DNA of 64,000 nucleotides from contig NW_026919438.1 of NCBI RefSeq assembly GCF_032062105.1, forward strand, positions 1-64,000. The letters run 5' to 3'. A program made the position numbers and the translations under genes. The notes under the pieces are model-generated. The model ran no database searches. It saw nothing but the letters and a program-made list of their open reading frames with translations, and had not been told where the DNA came from. This document shows, piece by piece, positions 62,136 through 64,000 of the stretch (the first letter of the stretch is position 1; every line of letters starts with the position of its first letter). The DNA comes from Saccostrea cucullata. Lineage: Eukaryota.

Positions 62136-63427
62136 CTGAAGATTTGTGCATACTTGAGATATAGTTATCTAGTTCAACAATGTTGAATTTATTGTATGTG
62201 CTTTACATGCAATTGTAGATATCAGAGGAAGAAATTAAATTAAACATAAATTCAAACTAAAACAACCCAAGTTGAGATCACTATAATCATGAAGTTCTTA
62301 CATTGCAAGGGTACTAATGATTGAATAATAGTTGTCACTAGAGGCTACCTTACTTTACATGTATACTCACTGTAACATGACCTTTCATTGAGTATAAAAG
62401 TTTTGAGCTCTTGACCTTGATCTGAGAGTGTGCCACTTCTAAACAAACTTTAATTTTGACCATAATTTTGGAGTCATTTAAACAGGAGTTTTCATATTTC
62501 ACAGGTGTTTTGACAATACCTTTCTTAGAAACCAACAATTCTGATTTTTTAGTTTAACTTGCTTTTGAGAATCTTCAATCCTTCACATATTAGCATCAAT
62601 ATGGGGGCATTCACAAACATTTTTTTTTTCATTATTTTTATTATGAAGCTATAAAAATAAATCAGTACTTCAGATATCAGGATCCAATGAACCTTGTAAA
62701 TGTTCACTTAAAATTGGTAGGAAGTACATGAGGAAGTAGTTTAAAATAAAAAAAAGAATTATCATATTTTGTGTAAATCTATTCTCTATATTCTATCATT
62801 TTTGAACAGTTGATAAAATAAGATAAAATTCAGTAGATATTTTGCAAGGTTAACAAATCTAATTTCACTAAGTTCGTGCATTGGCCATGCTTTCAATACA
62901 TCTGTATTATTGTTTTATCCGAAGTTCCTGTATTACTGCATTATTTATGGGATGAATTAATAGGCTAATCATAAGTTGTTTTGGCGTTTTATATTATTTT
63001 CGGCATTGCTGATGACAAAGTAAGAATTTGTCTCCCATAGGAATTTTCTAAATTGGATTATCTGTGTTGGGGGAATGCCCAGTAGTTGATCAGGTGTAAG
63101 AAAATTACCAGGTGAAAGTAGTTTTTCACACACAGGAATATCTTTGGATATGCTGTTCGTGGAAGCTGTTGTCAAATTATCCAAGTTCTCCCCTAAGAAA
63201 TCCGAGTCATCATCAGATGATAATAGCATAGTCTTTATGCTGCACTTACTCTTTTTGGATGGTGGCTGGAGTTTGTTTGAAGTTTCTTCATTGGACGAAC
63301 TACTACTCTCTGGTGACAATGTCTCAATTTCTGATGATGGTGGACTTAAAGGTTTACTTGCTGCCTTGTTCTTGTTGGTCTTTCACTTTCTGGACACACC
63401 TGCTGTGACACGGGGCCTCGGTTTATA

Positions 63428-63558
63428 AAGATCCCTCCCTGCTCAAAGGCCGTAAGTGCCGAGAATAGGCCTAAATTTGCAGCCCTTCACCGGCAATGGT
63501 GACGTCTCTACATCAGTGAAATATTCTGGAGATGGACGTTAAATAGTATACAATCAAT
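63428..63558 (+). mobile_element. SINE 3' half with (CAAT)n tail
   Basis: Homologous to 32058-32196. Confidence 0.65.
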
Positions 63559-64000
63559 CTTCATGGAGTTCACCATTGTTGATGCCCTGGCATAATCTCC
63601 TAACAAAACAGTGATGCCTTTAGTAATCTCATTTCATTTAACTATAAATTATCAGTTATCTGTATGCGAAATGATAATGAAATTGAAACAGAAAAACAAA
63701 GATTGAAACTAAGATTAAAGCAATTTTTTAATAATTTTAATCATGATTTTATACATGTTATTACAGTAAAACTCGTTTAGTACGAACACGGATATTGCGA
63801 ATTCACGGATATAGCGAAGTCATTTTGGATCCCCGGCTATATAAATCTTATGAATTCCTTATACGGATACCGTATAAGTCGAATTTTTAGCGAGGATTTA
63901 ATTTTGGCATTATTAGCGACGGTGTCAAGATCGCTTAAATTGAATATCGCTAAAAATTAATTGCGTTGTATTTGTAATATTTTGTTTAATGTGCATTTTA

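Overview
AT-rich eukaryotic genomic DNA made almost entirely of nested transposable elements. The repeat types (Helentron-associated HINE-like elements with internal 145-170 bp tandem arrays, Kolobok, Crypton, DIRS, CAAT-tailed SINEs) suggest a bivalve mollusc, probably an oyster; this is inference. No clear intact host gene, rRNA, tRNA or CRISPR array was found. The centrepiece is a young, near-complete Ty3/Gypsy LTR retrotransposon (9520-18736; LTRs differ at 4 of 279 shared nt) organised like a complex retrovirus. Its order is LTR, tRNA-Leu PBS, candidate splice donor, a zinc-ribbon ORF0, Gag with two N-terminal membrane-spanning segments, a -1 frameshift site, an intact 1442-codon Pol, a candidate splice acceptor, an ORF3 with two C2H2 zinc fingers, a basic NLS-like patch and an acidic tail in the env position, PPT and LTR. 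A second, internally deleted copy (44157-46282) carries a divergent but colinear zinc-finger module, which argues that ORF3 is a conserved functional accessory gene, possibly an element-encoded transactivator. Also present: LINE remnants, two DIRS-like remnants, a Kolobok transposase/KolX-like pair, a Crypton-type tyrosine recombinase exon, a THAP transposase remnant, degraded OTU, Ulp1-PHD, PD-(D/E)XK and OB-fold cargo genes, and a multi-level nest of non-autonomous elements at 1-9.2 kb. All calls come from reading and hand-translating the sequence; no database searches were run.
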